Part shown: one piece after another, positions 12,480-24,740 of the stretch
Position numbering within the stretch: the first letter of the stretch is position 1
Layout: every line of letters starts with the position of its first letter
Origin: Octopus bimaculoides
Lineage: Eukaryota
Direction of reading: 5' to 3'
Length of the DNA: 64,000 bases
Assembly (NCBI RefSeq): GCF_001194135.2
Contig: NC_068981.1
Location: 167,711,784-167,775,783 of the forward strand
The notes under the pieces: generated by a model
Databases searched by the model: none
The model's input: the letters and a program-made list of their open reading frames with translations, nothing else
Told to the model about the DNA's origin: nothing
Made by a program: the position numbers and the translations under genes

Positions 12480-12638
12480 ATACGGCTGGTTTGCACACAT
12501 TTTCCGTGTACCAAATCCGCTCACAAGGTAATGGCTACCCCAGGGCTATAGTAGAAGTCACTTGCCCAAAGTGCCACGTAGTATGACTGAACTCGAATGC
12601 AAGTGGTTACAAGGCGAGCTTCTTAATTACGCAGCCAG
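12480..12638 (-). mobile_element. tRNA-derived SINE (family C, CORE-like)
   Basis: Reverse complement matches the family C copy at 40632-40756 (GGCACTTTGGGCAAGTGACTTCTACTATAGCC). Confidence 0.7.
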
Positions 12639-13215
12639 AGAGAGAGAGAAAAACAAAGAGAGAAAGAGAGAGAAACAAAGAGAGAGAGAAGGAGTGAGAG
12701 AAGGAGTGAGAGAGTGAAAAAATATATTTATACAGAGATAGAGAGAGAAAGGTGGGGAGAAAATGCTGTCTTTTCTGAATTGTAGAATAAAGTGGATATT
12801 TTGTAAACAGTATAAAATAGCAACCATATCATTGGTAAACAAATAACAACAGACATTTTTATCTCTCTGTGGGCAGAAGCAACCTCTCTTTCTGTCCACA
12901 GGGAGATAAAAAGACATCTGCTTATATTATCCAATCTATTCCATTATACATCACAGTAACTGGTTTAAGGCGGGTACTGTTTACTATGATATACCTTAGT
13001 GTACATTTCAATATATCAGTCATATTGTTGTTTAGTACATCAATAATCAAATCCATAACTATTTCGGATGTTTCATGTCCTTTGCTTTAGGATCTTTAAA
13101 ATTTTGACCTTGTCAAATGATCCGTAGAAAACTGAACTGAAAGAGAATTAAAAACGTAGCTTGTGCCTACTCTATGGAATGTCCTCCAATTTCCACCAAT
13201 ATTTTAATACGGTTA

Positions 13216-13937
13216 AGGCGGCGATCTTGCAGAATCGTTAGCACGGACAAAATGCCGCTAAGCATTTTGCCCTACTTTAAGCTGTGGGTTCAAACTTCAC
13301 TGCGGTCGACTTTGCCTTTCATGCTTTTGGGGTCGCTAAAATAAATGCCAGTTGAGGACTGGGGGCGATGAAATCGACTTACTCCCTTCCTTGAAATTGT
13401 GGGCCTTGTGCCAATATTTGAAATCAATATTTTAATACAACTAAGACAGTGACCTGGCAGAATTGTTAGCACGCCAGGCAACATGCTCATCGGTATTTCG
13501 TCCGTCTTCACACGTTCTGAGTTCAAATTCTGCCGTGGTCGACATTGCCTTTCATTTTTGTGGAGTCGATAAAATAGGTACCACTTGAGCACGGGGATGA
13601 GATAATCGACTTAGCCCCTCCTCGAAATTGTTCGCCTTGTGCGAAAATTTGAAATTATTATTATGAAGGGCTCGAAGGTAGTTGAGCTGACAGAATCCTT
13701 AGCACGTTGTGCAGAAAGGCCAGCAGCATTTCGTCCGTCTTTACATTCTGAGTTCAAATTCTCTCGAGATCGACTTAGCCTTTCATCACTTTCGAGGTCT
13801 ATAAAATAGGTACTCGTTGAGCATTGGGGGTCGATTTCATCGACCTTAACCTCTCCTTCAAACTGCTGGCCTGGAGCCGAAATCTGAAACCAATATTACG
13901 ATGTCCTCGAAGGCGGCGAGCTGGCAGCGTAGTTAGC
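13216..13937 (+). mobile_element. Head-to-tail stack of three family A SINEs plus a fourth truncated head
   Basis: Repeated GGCGGCGA-CTGGCAGAATCGTTAGCAC...TGAGTTCAAATTC...GTCGACTTTGCCTTTCAT...GGCCTTGTGCCAA.ATTTGAAA units start near 13216, 13444, 13673 and 13911. Confidence 0.85.
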
Positions 13938-13963
13938 CCACAAGACATCGGCAGTAGCAGCAA

Positions 13964-14028
<65 letters not shown>

Positions 14029-14291
14029 TTAGTAGTCGCAGCAGCAGCAGCAGTAGTAGTTGGTGGTGTTGTTGTTNNNNNNNNNNNNNNNNNNNNNNNN
14101 NNNNNNNNNNNNNNNNNNNNNNNNNNNNNNNNNNNNNNNNNNNNNNNNNNNNNNNNNNNNNNNNNNNNNNNNNNNNNNNNNNNNNNNNNNNNNNNNNNNN
14201 NNNNNNNNNNNNNNNNNNNNNNNNNNNNNNNNNNNNNNNNNNNNNNNNNNNNNNNNNNNNNNNNNNNNNNNNNNNNNNNNNNNNNNNNNNN

Positions 14292-14412
<121 letters not shown>

Positions 14413-15615
14413 ATCCACTGGTGTTGGTAGTGTTGGTAGAGCTGCAGAAGAGTGGTGTTAAAGTATTGCGTAACTATGAATATAATTGCCGAATTGACAG
14501 CTTCGATTAAACGGAAAAGACAGCTGGTGCGGGCGCGTGGAAATGGATGTTTACGCGTGTGTTAATGTTTGTGTGTGTGTGTGTGAGTGTGAGTGTTTGC
14601 GAGTGTAAGAGAGAAGAGAGAGAAAGCAGAGGGAGAAAGACAAAGAGAGAGAAAGATAAAGAGGGAGAGGGAGAGAGAGAGAGAGAGAGAGGGGGGGAGA
14701 GAGAGAGAAAGAGTGCGAGAGATTGATTTCGGGTGTGAAAAAGTAAAAACAAAAGTCCGTATACATGCAACATGTATTTCATACGAATCTTAATGAAACG
14801 CAATGAAATGCTCGAACAAAAAATTATAATTATAAATAAAATAGAAAAATAAACAAGAAACAACAACAAAAATTATATACATACATACAGTATATGTATA
14901 TATGTATGTATGTATGTATCTATATACATGTATATGTATATATACATATATAGACATATACATGTATATATATAAATATATATATACACACACGGTTACA
15001 TATACATACATATATATATATGTGTGTATGTGTGTATGTATGTATGCATGTATGTATGTATGTATGTATGTATGTATGTATGCATGTATGCATGTATGCA
15101 TGTATTTCTATAAACGCTGTCGAGTTAACAACTGCAGCACCCTCTTCAGGCAAATTTTCCAAACTGAAGCCATATGAATAGTGAAACAACAGTTTTCTTC
15201 CTTCTTATGAATTATTGTGAAAACTGAATCTTACTGGGGTAATGACACCTATACAGTATTTCAGATAANNNNNNNNNNNNNNNNNNNNNNNNNNNNNNNN
15301 NNNNNNNNNNNNNNNNNNNNNNNNNNNNNNNNNNNNNNNNNNNNNNNNNNNNNNNNNNNNNNNNNNNNNNNNNNNNNNNNNNNNNNNNNNNNNNNNNNNN
15401 NNNNNNNNNNNNNNNNNNNNNNNNNNNNNNNNNNNNNNNNNNNNNNNNNNNNNNNNNNNNNNNNNNNNNNNNNNNNNNNNNNNNNNNNNNNNNNNNNNNN
15501 NNNNNNNNNNNNNNNNNNNNNNNNNNNNNNNNNNNNNNNNNNNNNNNNNNNNNNNNNNNNNNNNNNNNNNNNNNNNNNNNNNNNNNNNNNNNNNNNNNNN
15601 NNNNNNNNNNNNNNN

Positions 15616-15654
<39 letters not shown>

Positions 15655-15682
15655 CAATAGGGTAAAAATTGGATATTAATTA

Positions 15683-16230
15683 ATATCAATTTAATACCAG
15701 GTAACCAGCACATTAAAAGAATCAGGGAGATTCGGAAAATTTATCTGAATCTCAAAGGATTACTGTATATGTACATATAAAAATATATATTAAAAAATAT
15801 ATAAAGGAGGCCACTATGTGGACTGCCAATGTGCTAGAAGAAGATCACATGTCATGTGTCTACTAAGACCGGATAATTCTCAAAGGGAATTTAGCGAAGT
15901 AACAAAAACGTAAAGCGAGCAAGGTTAGTGAAAATCACATAAAAAATCCAATTATTTGTAAACATCTTTCGAAATCAATAGATTCTTACCGAAAATATCT
16001 GTTTCTCATCATATAAATATAATTTACAGGATCGCACACTAAGTTGTACGTCACAATTAACGCACATGTGTACGGTTCTATACAATTATATTTGTGGTAA
16101 AATTCAAAAGCCTTCATTTTTGCGCGCTAAATCCGGAAATATCTCCGCAGAAAAGATCCCGCATCGAATATATCAATTTAATACCAGGTAACCAGCATAT
16201 TAAAAGAATCAGTGAGATTCAGAAAAATTA
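15683..16230. repeat. ~60-bp direct repeats spaced 487 bp apart
   Basis: ATATCAATTTAATACCAGGTAACCAGCA(C/T)ATTAAAAGAATCAG(G/T)GAGATTC at 15683 and 16170. Confidence 0.85.
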
Positions 16231-16367
16231 TATTATTACAACGATGTTTGCTAAGTATCGTTCATGATGCCATAAATGGTGAACGTGCTCCGCGGATACA
16301 CGACCTGGGACTTACCCTGAAATAAGGTTTCGATACTGTTTAACAGTGTATTTTCTTAACCTTAATT

Positions 16368-16412
<45 letters not shown>

Positions 16413-16702
16413 AATATAAAGCGATTGGTGTGCTAACAATGTTTTGTTTACAATTACTAAGAATTCAAGTATTATGTTCTATAGAGAACAATGTGATAAC
16501 ACAAAGAATTTGTAATAGCTGTATATATACTGCACCTTCCTTATTTATCCACGAACATCTGCTTATAAACCCAATGATATTAGTGGCTAAAGTTAACTGG
16601 AAAGTCCAGTTTGCATATTTAACACCTTGGCAAATAGTTCAAATATTACATTACTGGCGAGTTACAAGAGTTTAGTTTCAATGCTCCAGTGGATTCTTTT
16701 AT

Positions 16703-16912
16703 ACTTTTATTCTTTTACATGTTTCATGCATTTGATTGGGACCATGCTGGAGCACCACCTGAAAGGGTTTTAGTCGAAGAAATCGACCCCAGGACTTATT
16801 TTTTTGTAAGCCTAGTACTTATTTTATCGGTTCCTTTTGCCGAACCGCTATCTTACGGGGGCATAAACACATCAGACTCGGTTGGCAAGCGATGGCGAGG
16901 GGACAAATACAG
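16703..16912 (+). mobile_element. SINE-like repeat (family D)
   Basis: CCATGCTGGAGCACCACC...TAGTCGAAGAAATCGACCCCAGGACTTAT...GCCGAACCGCTA. Minus-strand homologues at 44995-45160 and 56150-56335. Confidence 0.75.
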
Positions 16913-16938
16913 ACACACACACATAAATATTTACATAT

Positions 16939-16986
<48 letters not shown>

Positions 16987-17819
16987 NNNNNNNNNNNNNN
17001 NNNNNNNNNNNNNNNNNNNNNNNNNNNNNNNNNNNNNNNNNNNNNNNNNNNNNNNNNNNNNNNNNNNNNNNNNNNNNNNNNNNNNNNNNNNNNNNNNNNN
17101 NNNNNNNNNNNNNNNNNNNNNNNNNNNNNNNNNNNNNNNNNNNNNNNNNNNNNNNNNNNNNNNNNNNNNNNNNNNNNNNNNNNNNNNNNNNNNNNNNNNN
17201 NNNNNNNNNNNNNNNNNNNNNNNNNNNNNNNNNNNNNNNNNNNNNNNNNNNNNNNNNNNNNNNNNNNNNNNNNNNNNNNNNNNNNNNNNNNNNNNNNNNN
17301 NNNNNNNNNNNNNNNNNNNNNNNNNNNNNNNNNNNNNNNNNNNNNNNNNNNNNNNNNNNNNNNNNNNNNNNNNNNNNNNNNNNNNNNNNNNNNNNNNNNN
17401 NNNNNNNNNNNNNNNNNNNNNNNNNNNNNNNNNNNNNNNNNNNNNNNNNNNNNNNNNNNNNNNNNNNNNNNNNNNNNNNNNNNNNNNNNNNNNNNNNNNN
17501 NNNNNNNNNNNNNNNNNNNNNNNNNNNNNNNNNNNNNNNNNNNNNNNNNNNNNNNNNNNNNNNNNNNNNNNNNNNNNNNNNNNNNNNNNNNNNNNNNNNN
17601 NNNNNNNNNNNNNNNNNNNNNNNNNNNNNNNNNNNNNNNNNNNNNNNNNNNNNNNNNNNNNNNNNNNNNNNNNNNNNNNNNNNNNNNNNNNNNNNNNNNN
17701 NNNNNNNNNNNNNNNNNNNNNNNNNNNNNNNNNNNNNNNNNNNNNNNNNNNNNNNNNNNNNNNNNNNNNNNNNNNNNNNNNNNNNNNNNNNNNNNNNNNN
17801 NNNNNNNNNNNNNATATAT

Positions 17820-17935
17820 ATACGACAAGCTTCTTTCAGTTTTCGTCTACTAAATCCACACGCAAGGCTTTGGTTGACCCAAGGCTTTAGTAGAAAACAC
17901 TTGCCCGAGGTGCCACGCAGAGGGATCGGACTCAG
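17820..17935 (-). mobile_element. SINE family C
   Basis: AATCCACACGCAAGGCTTTGGTTGACCCAAGGCTTTAGTAGAAAACACTTGCCCGAGGTGCCACGCAG is the reverse complement of the family C consensus seen at 40632. Confidence 0.75.
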
Positions 17936-18798
17936 ATTATAGAACATATCTATAGATTATCGTTGTTGGTCTTCTTGTCTCCCGCTTATCTCTCTTAAAT
18001 CATCTGTCAAAAGATATCTGCTTAGTTATTTTTCTTTTCTGAGGTGTAGTTGCCCGACAAGGAATTTGATCTGAGGCTGTATTGAAACTAAAACAGTTAT
18101 CATGAAGATACACTGAGATTGTCAACTTCACTTAAATATTTATTATTTGGTATCAAAGTTTTCGTCACACCAACTGAGGCCTAGTCACTGATGCGGTTTC
18201 ACTGCATCTGGTTTATGGCGAATGTGTTAGCATATATAGGCTTCAAGGCTATTAATATACATTTTTATAGACGAAAAATTATATTTATAACGCTGAAATC
18301 TATATATGCTGACCGATACCCTCGCTACAAACTAGCTGCAGTAGAACTGCATCATTGATCAGGATGCAATTGGTGAGTTGCTGCAACGAAAATGTTATCC
18401 CCAAACGATAAATGTTTAAGTGAAGTTTACTGTCTTCATATGTTTTTGAATGACTAATATGCGCATTCCACATTGTAGTTGGTTAATTTTTCTTTTCTTT
18501 ATAAATTTTCTTGTAGCAGAAAATAGCCTCGAGAATAACATCAGATGCTTTTGTAAATCTGTCAGTATTTGTGGTTGTGACCCAAACAGAGCCAATGTTT
18601 TCTCAGTCATACTGAAGTCTTCAACCATTTGCTTATAGCTAGACTTCTTACATTCCTCAACTTTGTATTCCTTTTCACTGACTTTTTTTTCTGGACCGTC
18701 TCTGAATCCAGTACAATAGAATTCTCATTGCATATTCCTTTGTGTAACATTTCAACACATCATCGTTATCGTCTGCTTCAGTTTCTATAATTGCTTAC

Positions 18799-18822
18799 CC
18801 AGTTTCATCCGGTTCTTGTCCA
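18799..18822 (-). CDS. Candidate 24-nt micro-exon (VDKNRMKL or SGQEPDETG, depending on phase)
   Basis: Minus strand cttcacttcag|TGGACAAGAACCGGATGAAACTGG|gtaagc. Length is a multiple of 3. No transcript evidence. Confidence 0.25.
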
Positions 18823-19372
18823 CTGAAGTGAAGTATTTCTGAAGAAATCTTTTGAAGTTATTGCTAAATTGCATGCACAGCTTCTTCCAAACATCTTTTC
18901 ATATTTCTTACTAAAATTGATACGACTGATATTCAGTTTGAATTTGATTTTCACTAAGTTTTCAACAGTAAGAATATTTGAAACAATTGCAATGCTGGAA
19001 CGGAATGGATGTGTGAAATATCTAGTATAGTGGTTAATGAAAATATGACCCCAGAAATTTAGGGATACAAGATAAAAGTGTGTCGGTGATTTGGGTCGGA
19101 AACCCTTTGAAGAACGCTCTGCTCGACTGAGTCGATACAACACCAACAAATTTCTTTTTCAGTTAGTTGCTTTAGATCAGTAGGACTTACATGTATTTAT
19201 TATGTGATGTGATTAAAACAGCCCACTCTACTGGGATTGTCCCGTCAATTTTGTGGGACTTGGTTGTTATTTTATTACAATGAAACTTATATAAGTCTAT
19301 CTATATGTGTAACTAAAGCACTGCCCAGTCCTTCCCCTTATCGTCTGTATACTTTTTCTAAATAACTCTTAC

Positions 19373-19402
19373 CTTGCTCCGTCTCTGACACAAGCAACCA
19401 TC
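19373..19402 (-). CDS. Candidate 30-nt micro-exon of an unidentified host gene
   Basis: Minus strand ctctttctttctttcag|GATGGTTGCTTGTGTCAGAGACGGAGCAAG|gtaaga. Near-consensus acceptor and donor; open in all three phases. Confidence 0.45.
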
Positions 19403-19417
19403 CTGAAAGAAAGAAAG

Positions 19418-19476
<59 letters not shown>

Positions 19477-20014
19477 GTGTGTGCGTGTGTGTGTGTGACT
19501 ATGTGTGTAAGAGGGAGAGAGAGAGTGAGTGAGAGAGAGGGAGTTGATGTGGGAATACAAAACCTGAGTCAAGTTTATTTCAAGTCAACGAAGTCAAGTT
19601 TATTTCAAGTCAACATCGGCGAGGTACACTTCAAATTCAAAAGTTATAAGACAAATTTTTCTCGGATCACACCCAACATCTAATACTACGAAAGCACACA
19701 ATGTACAATTTAATCTATGCAATTTCATGTATACAAAAACACGCGATAATATTTATATTACATAAACTAGAAGAAAACATCCTGGTGGGGATGGGGGACG
19801 GTGTTTCTCCTAGAATCATTAACAAAGTGAATAAATATGCGAAGGTATGCTGTTGACGTAGTTTATCGCATTCCCTATGATGAAGAGAGCAAATCTCATG
19901 ACTCGAGTTTGTTACACAATCACACACGTTAGCTTTACATTTGCCTTTGGCCTCATCAGGATTCGTAAAACAATGAGGGTTATGTGGTATCAGCATATTT
20001 TCTACTACTACTAC

Positions 20015-20077
<63 letters not shown>

Positions 20078-20257
20078 AATACAGAGATCTATAATCTTAT
20101 GAGCAAATATTAATTAGGATGAATCTAATTTTTATTGTTGTTTAGCCCCTGCGCCAACGCTGATTGAACAGATAATCCGACCACCTTCCTTAGCAACAGC
20201 AGCAGCGGTAGTGTAGGGATGGTGGTGGTATTATTACTATTACTATTATTATTATTA

Positions 20258-20350
<93 letters not shown>

Positions 20351-20369
20351 ATAGTAGTAGTAGTACAAT

Positions 20370-20580
20370 TGTTTCTAATTTTGGTACAAGGCCAGTAATT
20401 TTGAGAAGAGGGCGGTAGTCGATTACATAAACGCCAGTACTTGACTGGTATTTTATTTTAGCGGTCCCAGAGAGACGCAAGGTAACGTTGACCCTAGCTA
20501 AATTTGAACTCAAAATATAAAGAGCCGCAAAGAACGCTGCAAGTTATTTTTTCCGATGTTTTAACGAATCTACAAGCTCA
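20370..20580 (-). mobile_element. SINE family A next to (TAT)n/(TAG)n tracts
   Basis: GTTTCTAATTTTGGTACAAGGCCAG...GTCGATTACAT...CTGGTATTTTATTTT...TTTGAACTCA is the reverse complement of family A. Confidence 0.7.
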
Positions 20581-20606
20581 CATCTTTGTATATAATAATA
20601 ATAATT

Positions 20607-20670
<64 letters not shown>

Positions 20671-21804
20671 TTTTTTCCAGTATGGGCAGAAAGCCTGGAA
20701 TTTTTGTTCAACTGGTACTTATTTTATCGACCTCGAAATACACATCTCTCGAATAATCATGTAACCTTTTAAGGACATGCTGACTTCTAAAAGTCCGTAT
20801 ATCAATTCTCGTCATTTTCGCATTTATCACCTACTCATATTACTCTACAAATGTGACAACATGTAAATAGCCAATGTAGTCCTTGATGTCTCTGACTGTT
20901 GCCCTTGACTGATCCTGACTCGTGCATTGCAGTACATGAGCCTATAAGTGGGTATATACACCACTATCTCTGCTTGAGGTTTTACCTCGACCTGATCTTC
21001 ATCACCAAGCATACACTGTTGAATGCCTTGTTCTGGACGATAAAAATTACACTCCTCTATAACTTGGGCAAAGCTTCTTGTCGTTTTAGAACATAAACAA
21101 AGTGCCCTTCTCTTCACTAGGCAGAGACATATCATTTTTCCCCTTGGTTGCTTCTGTACAAACTTCTCGGGCAAGGAGGCAGAGTCTTTTGTAACACACG
21201 GCTGCCAGGCATTTTACTTTGACTGGACCTTGCCCATTTACAAAATTTATTTATCGAAGTTGATATCTGCAAAACATTGTTTTTTTTTTTCTTTGTCGTT
21301 AAGTGAATCACCGAAGCTATTTCAGTTGCATGTATTGCCACAGAAAGGATTCCTGGAGATTAAAAAAAAAAATTTTATTCGTTTTCATTGGAGTTTCTTT
21401 GCGAGACTGTTGTCTCAAACTCTCCTCCTCGACACACAAGTAAATTAAATAAACTGAGAGGAAAAGAATAATTTTTGTGCCTTTATAATTAATAATCGAA
21501 CGCAATATTGCAAACACACTGGAACACACACACATACACATATACACACACACGAACGCACACAGAAAACATGGTAACTTTTAGATAAAATACTGTAATC
21601 CAAAAACAGGAGTGATGCATAAACATGTCTTGTCAGGTCAAAAAATACTGATGACGACAACATTAAGGATAGTTGTGATTGTGGTAGTAGTAGTGAATAG
21701 GGCGGTGATAACTTTTTATCTATCACAAAGTGCGTGCAGTTATCTTTAATTACATTACAATATTTTTTTTTCAGGAACGTATATGATATATGACCAAAAT
21801 CCTT

Positions 21805-22450
21805 TGTTAGTGACAGAAGCAGTACTAATACCAAAAGGTAGTCTTTATATCCAGCTTAGCGTAAACTCCTTCTTAGAACACTGAATACTGTGTTATTAGC
21901 CTTGAAGGAACCTCTCATATAGGCAATTGGTGCATAAAAGCATAGGCATAGATCTTAGCAGATGTGAATCATCTGTTATGGACGCCGGAACTCCCATATC
22001 ATGTGATTTCATTCTACTGGAACACGTCAGTGAGAGGTGTCAAGTCATTGAATTCCAATCAAATCCTGCTGCAACGATATATAGAATATCAGCATCTGAA
22101 AAGATGCTGATGTCGGAAATAGCCAGCAGGCTAATTAAATATTAATCATTAGCGACGGTAGCAGTATTAATGTCAAACAATAATCTTCATATTCAATTTA
22201 ACATGAACCCCTTGATAAAACAGCAAATACTGTGTTATTAGATTTGAGAGATCCTCTCATATAGGCGCTTGGTGCATAAAAGTACAGCACTAACAAATCA
22301 TAGCAGACGAAATTCGTCTGTCATGGGCGCTAGGATTCTCACATCAGGTGACTACGGTCTATTGCACCTCATTAGATGGGAAGCACCGGTCACTGCATAC
22401 TTGTCAAATCTCGCTGCCATGTTATATACAATATCAACATATTTTCTACG
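21805..22450. repeat. Diverged 342-bp head-to-tail duplication of unknown origin
   Basis: AATACTGTGTTATTAG is identical at 21884 and 22226; CCTCTCATATAGGC and TGGTGCATAAAAG are also identical. The alignment is nearly ungapped over about 300 bp with one 3-nt indel. Confidence 0.85.
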
Positions 22451-22956
22451 CTATCTCCACCGACGGGAAAGGAGTATCTAACGTTTTAGGTAGTGCAAGG
22501 TTTCTACAAACGTAGGCTTGCTAGGTGCAGTTATATTACACCAAGATGCACCACACGGTTACTTTGGCTTAGTGTCGGACAAAATGTCCATCTGACTTTA
22601 CTTTCTCATTTCAATTACTGGTGAGGTAAAATTTGGATTTCATTTCTCCGTGGTATCTAAAAGAATGCGCCAGACAAGTACCTGGGTCGATGGCATCGAA
22701 GAAAACACCCCAACCCCATAAATTGCTGTCTTTGTGCTTAAATTAGAAAAAGTATTATTATATATTATTATACAATATCTTTATGAAAACCAAAGTACGA
22801 AGAAACTAATAGAAGTCTGCGTCGATAATGAAATTTATTTAGTAAAGTTCACACATTTGAATGAGTGCAAACAGTACAAGGTGGCGTAAATATTGACGTT
22901 TCGAGTAAAGCTTTTCTTCGAAAAAAAAGAAGTAATTATTTTAGAATTATAATTTC

Positions 22957-23021
<65 letters not shown>

Positions 23022-23626
23022 TTCTCCCACTTTCTCTCTGGCCCAACCACTCTCATTCTCCCGGAGAGCCGTCAGTATCTAATCTTTCCCACGGCATGCG
23101 AACTTTGTTAAATTCGTTAAATTTTTTATTAAGTCATATAGTGTGAGGTGAGGTTTTGCTTTGGTATTGAGAAGCTGTTATTGTCTCTAACGTTAATGTA
23201 TTATCGATGTTTTACGTAATCTACTTTGATGTTTTCAACTTGATTGTGTTACGAACTGCATGAGTGAACATCCAGTGGTGTAGACCTATTTCTGTACAAA
23301 TAGCTGTAATCCTAAAACATCAAGCAATGGCTGTTGTTCTTGTTGTTATTGTTGATGAGAGTGATGAGGATGATGAAAATGTTTTTGTTGTCGTTGTTGT
23401 TGCCGTGTAGCACCAGGTCGGTCGTAATAGAGCGGATATCGGTGATCAACTTAACAACTAGATGTGGTCGGCAGATCCACAGCAATGGATGCTCAATGCC
23501 TCTTTGTAGCTGAGGACTAGAGGACCAAACAGCACATTGTAACGTGCAGAGATTATTGTAGATGGTGCAGTTATGCCGTCTGGACATGCCATATGTATTC
23601 TTACTACTATCAAATCTGTTTCTATA

Positions 23627-23843
23627 CGAAGGGGAGCTGAAAAGTTGCTGGATTTGGGTAAAAGAAAATACAGGAGGATCAGTTAATTATGATTTTATTC
23701 AACATATTCTCCTCTCAGATTCTCACACTTATCGCAGTGGTCCTTCAGGTTTTCTAAGCCTTGCAAAAGAACTCAGAATGTTGGGCCTCCAACCAGGTCT
23801 TTCACGATACCCTTAAAGCCAGGAACTTGTCAGTACTCTCTCG
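23627..23843. mobile_element. Mariner-like MITE (217 bp) with TA TSD
   Basis: Left TA|CGAAGGGGAGCTGAAAAGTTGCTGG and right CCAGGAACTTGTCAGTACTCTCTCG|TA are imperfect TIRs. Confidence 0.75.
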
Positions 23844-24740
23844 TAAATCCATAGTGTTTTTATTTCACAATGAAGACGAAAAACAGGAATTAAATCAGAA
23901 AGCAAACAGCGGCTGATCTGCAACAATTAGTGATGATGTAGTGCATCTCTGTGCAATACAAAAACGAATGGTAACTATAGGCACTGCTGGAATCTTTGGA
24001 CTTTGCGTAATATTTGTTTCGACTGATTAAGACACCAGTATCCTTAGGATACTGTAGTAGTATTAGTAGTAGTAGACTTTTGCATTTGAAGGATTTAACT
24101 GTAAGGTTTGCAATCTCTTGCAAAAATTAACTGTGCGCCAATTTTCCTTGCAACTTATCATAACAAAGTAAAAAGAACATAAAACAACGAAACTCGCATC
24201 ATTATAGACTCTTCGCAAATCACATTCACAGTCTACCTGCCCAACTAAAGAAAATTACCAAAAACGACACGCATCCTTGGCATACGAAGAAGATAGATGA
24301 TGCTGTAGTCGTCGTCGTCGTCGTCGTCGTCGTCATCGTCGTTGTTTTTGTTGTTTAATCCCAGATCTATTCGAATAGAGAACGAGAATACTCTACGTGG
24401 TTTTATTCGGTCAGTCTCGGAGCAACAGGCCGCTACAACATCTATGTTGTGTCTTGTCTACTGTTTGCATTTCAGTGCCTTACTGTTTGTTCTTGTTGCA
24501 TCTGTTCCTGACTCATCTTCCATTTAGAAACCTCTTTTTTTTTTTAATGTATTTTCTATGTCGTGTTGGGGTGTTGTGTGGTGATTGGGAATAGTGGGTG
24601 TATATCCACGTTGTGATTTGATAAGGAAGAAAACAAAAGTTGGTGATGCCAAGAATTTAAAAGAACCATAGCCGTCACTTCCAGTCGAATAGGTCACAGT
24701 AGAATGTACCATGCTTCCGCTACTTGTTTTAGCATATGTA

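Noticed and set aside
19715-19996. Cys/His-rich 93-aa ORF
   Set aside because: No recognised domain or splice context. It overlaps a hammerhead relic, so it is probably TE-derived.
21805-22450. 342 bp = 114 codons suggested a cadherin/protocadherin repeat
   Set aside because: No cadherin motifs (DxNDN, LDRE), stops interrupt the frames checked, and the short ORFs of the two copies have low protein identity.
24455-24490. TAAGGCAC (miR-124 seed) on the minus strand
   Set aside because: The rest does not match mature miR-124 and no precursor hairpin is evident.
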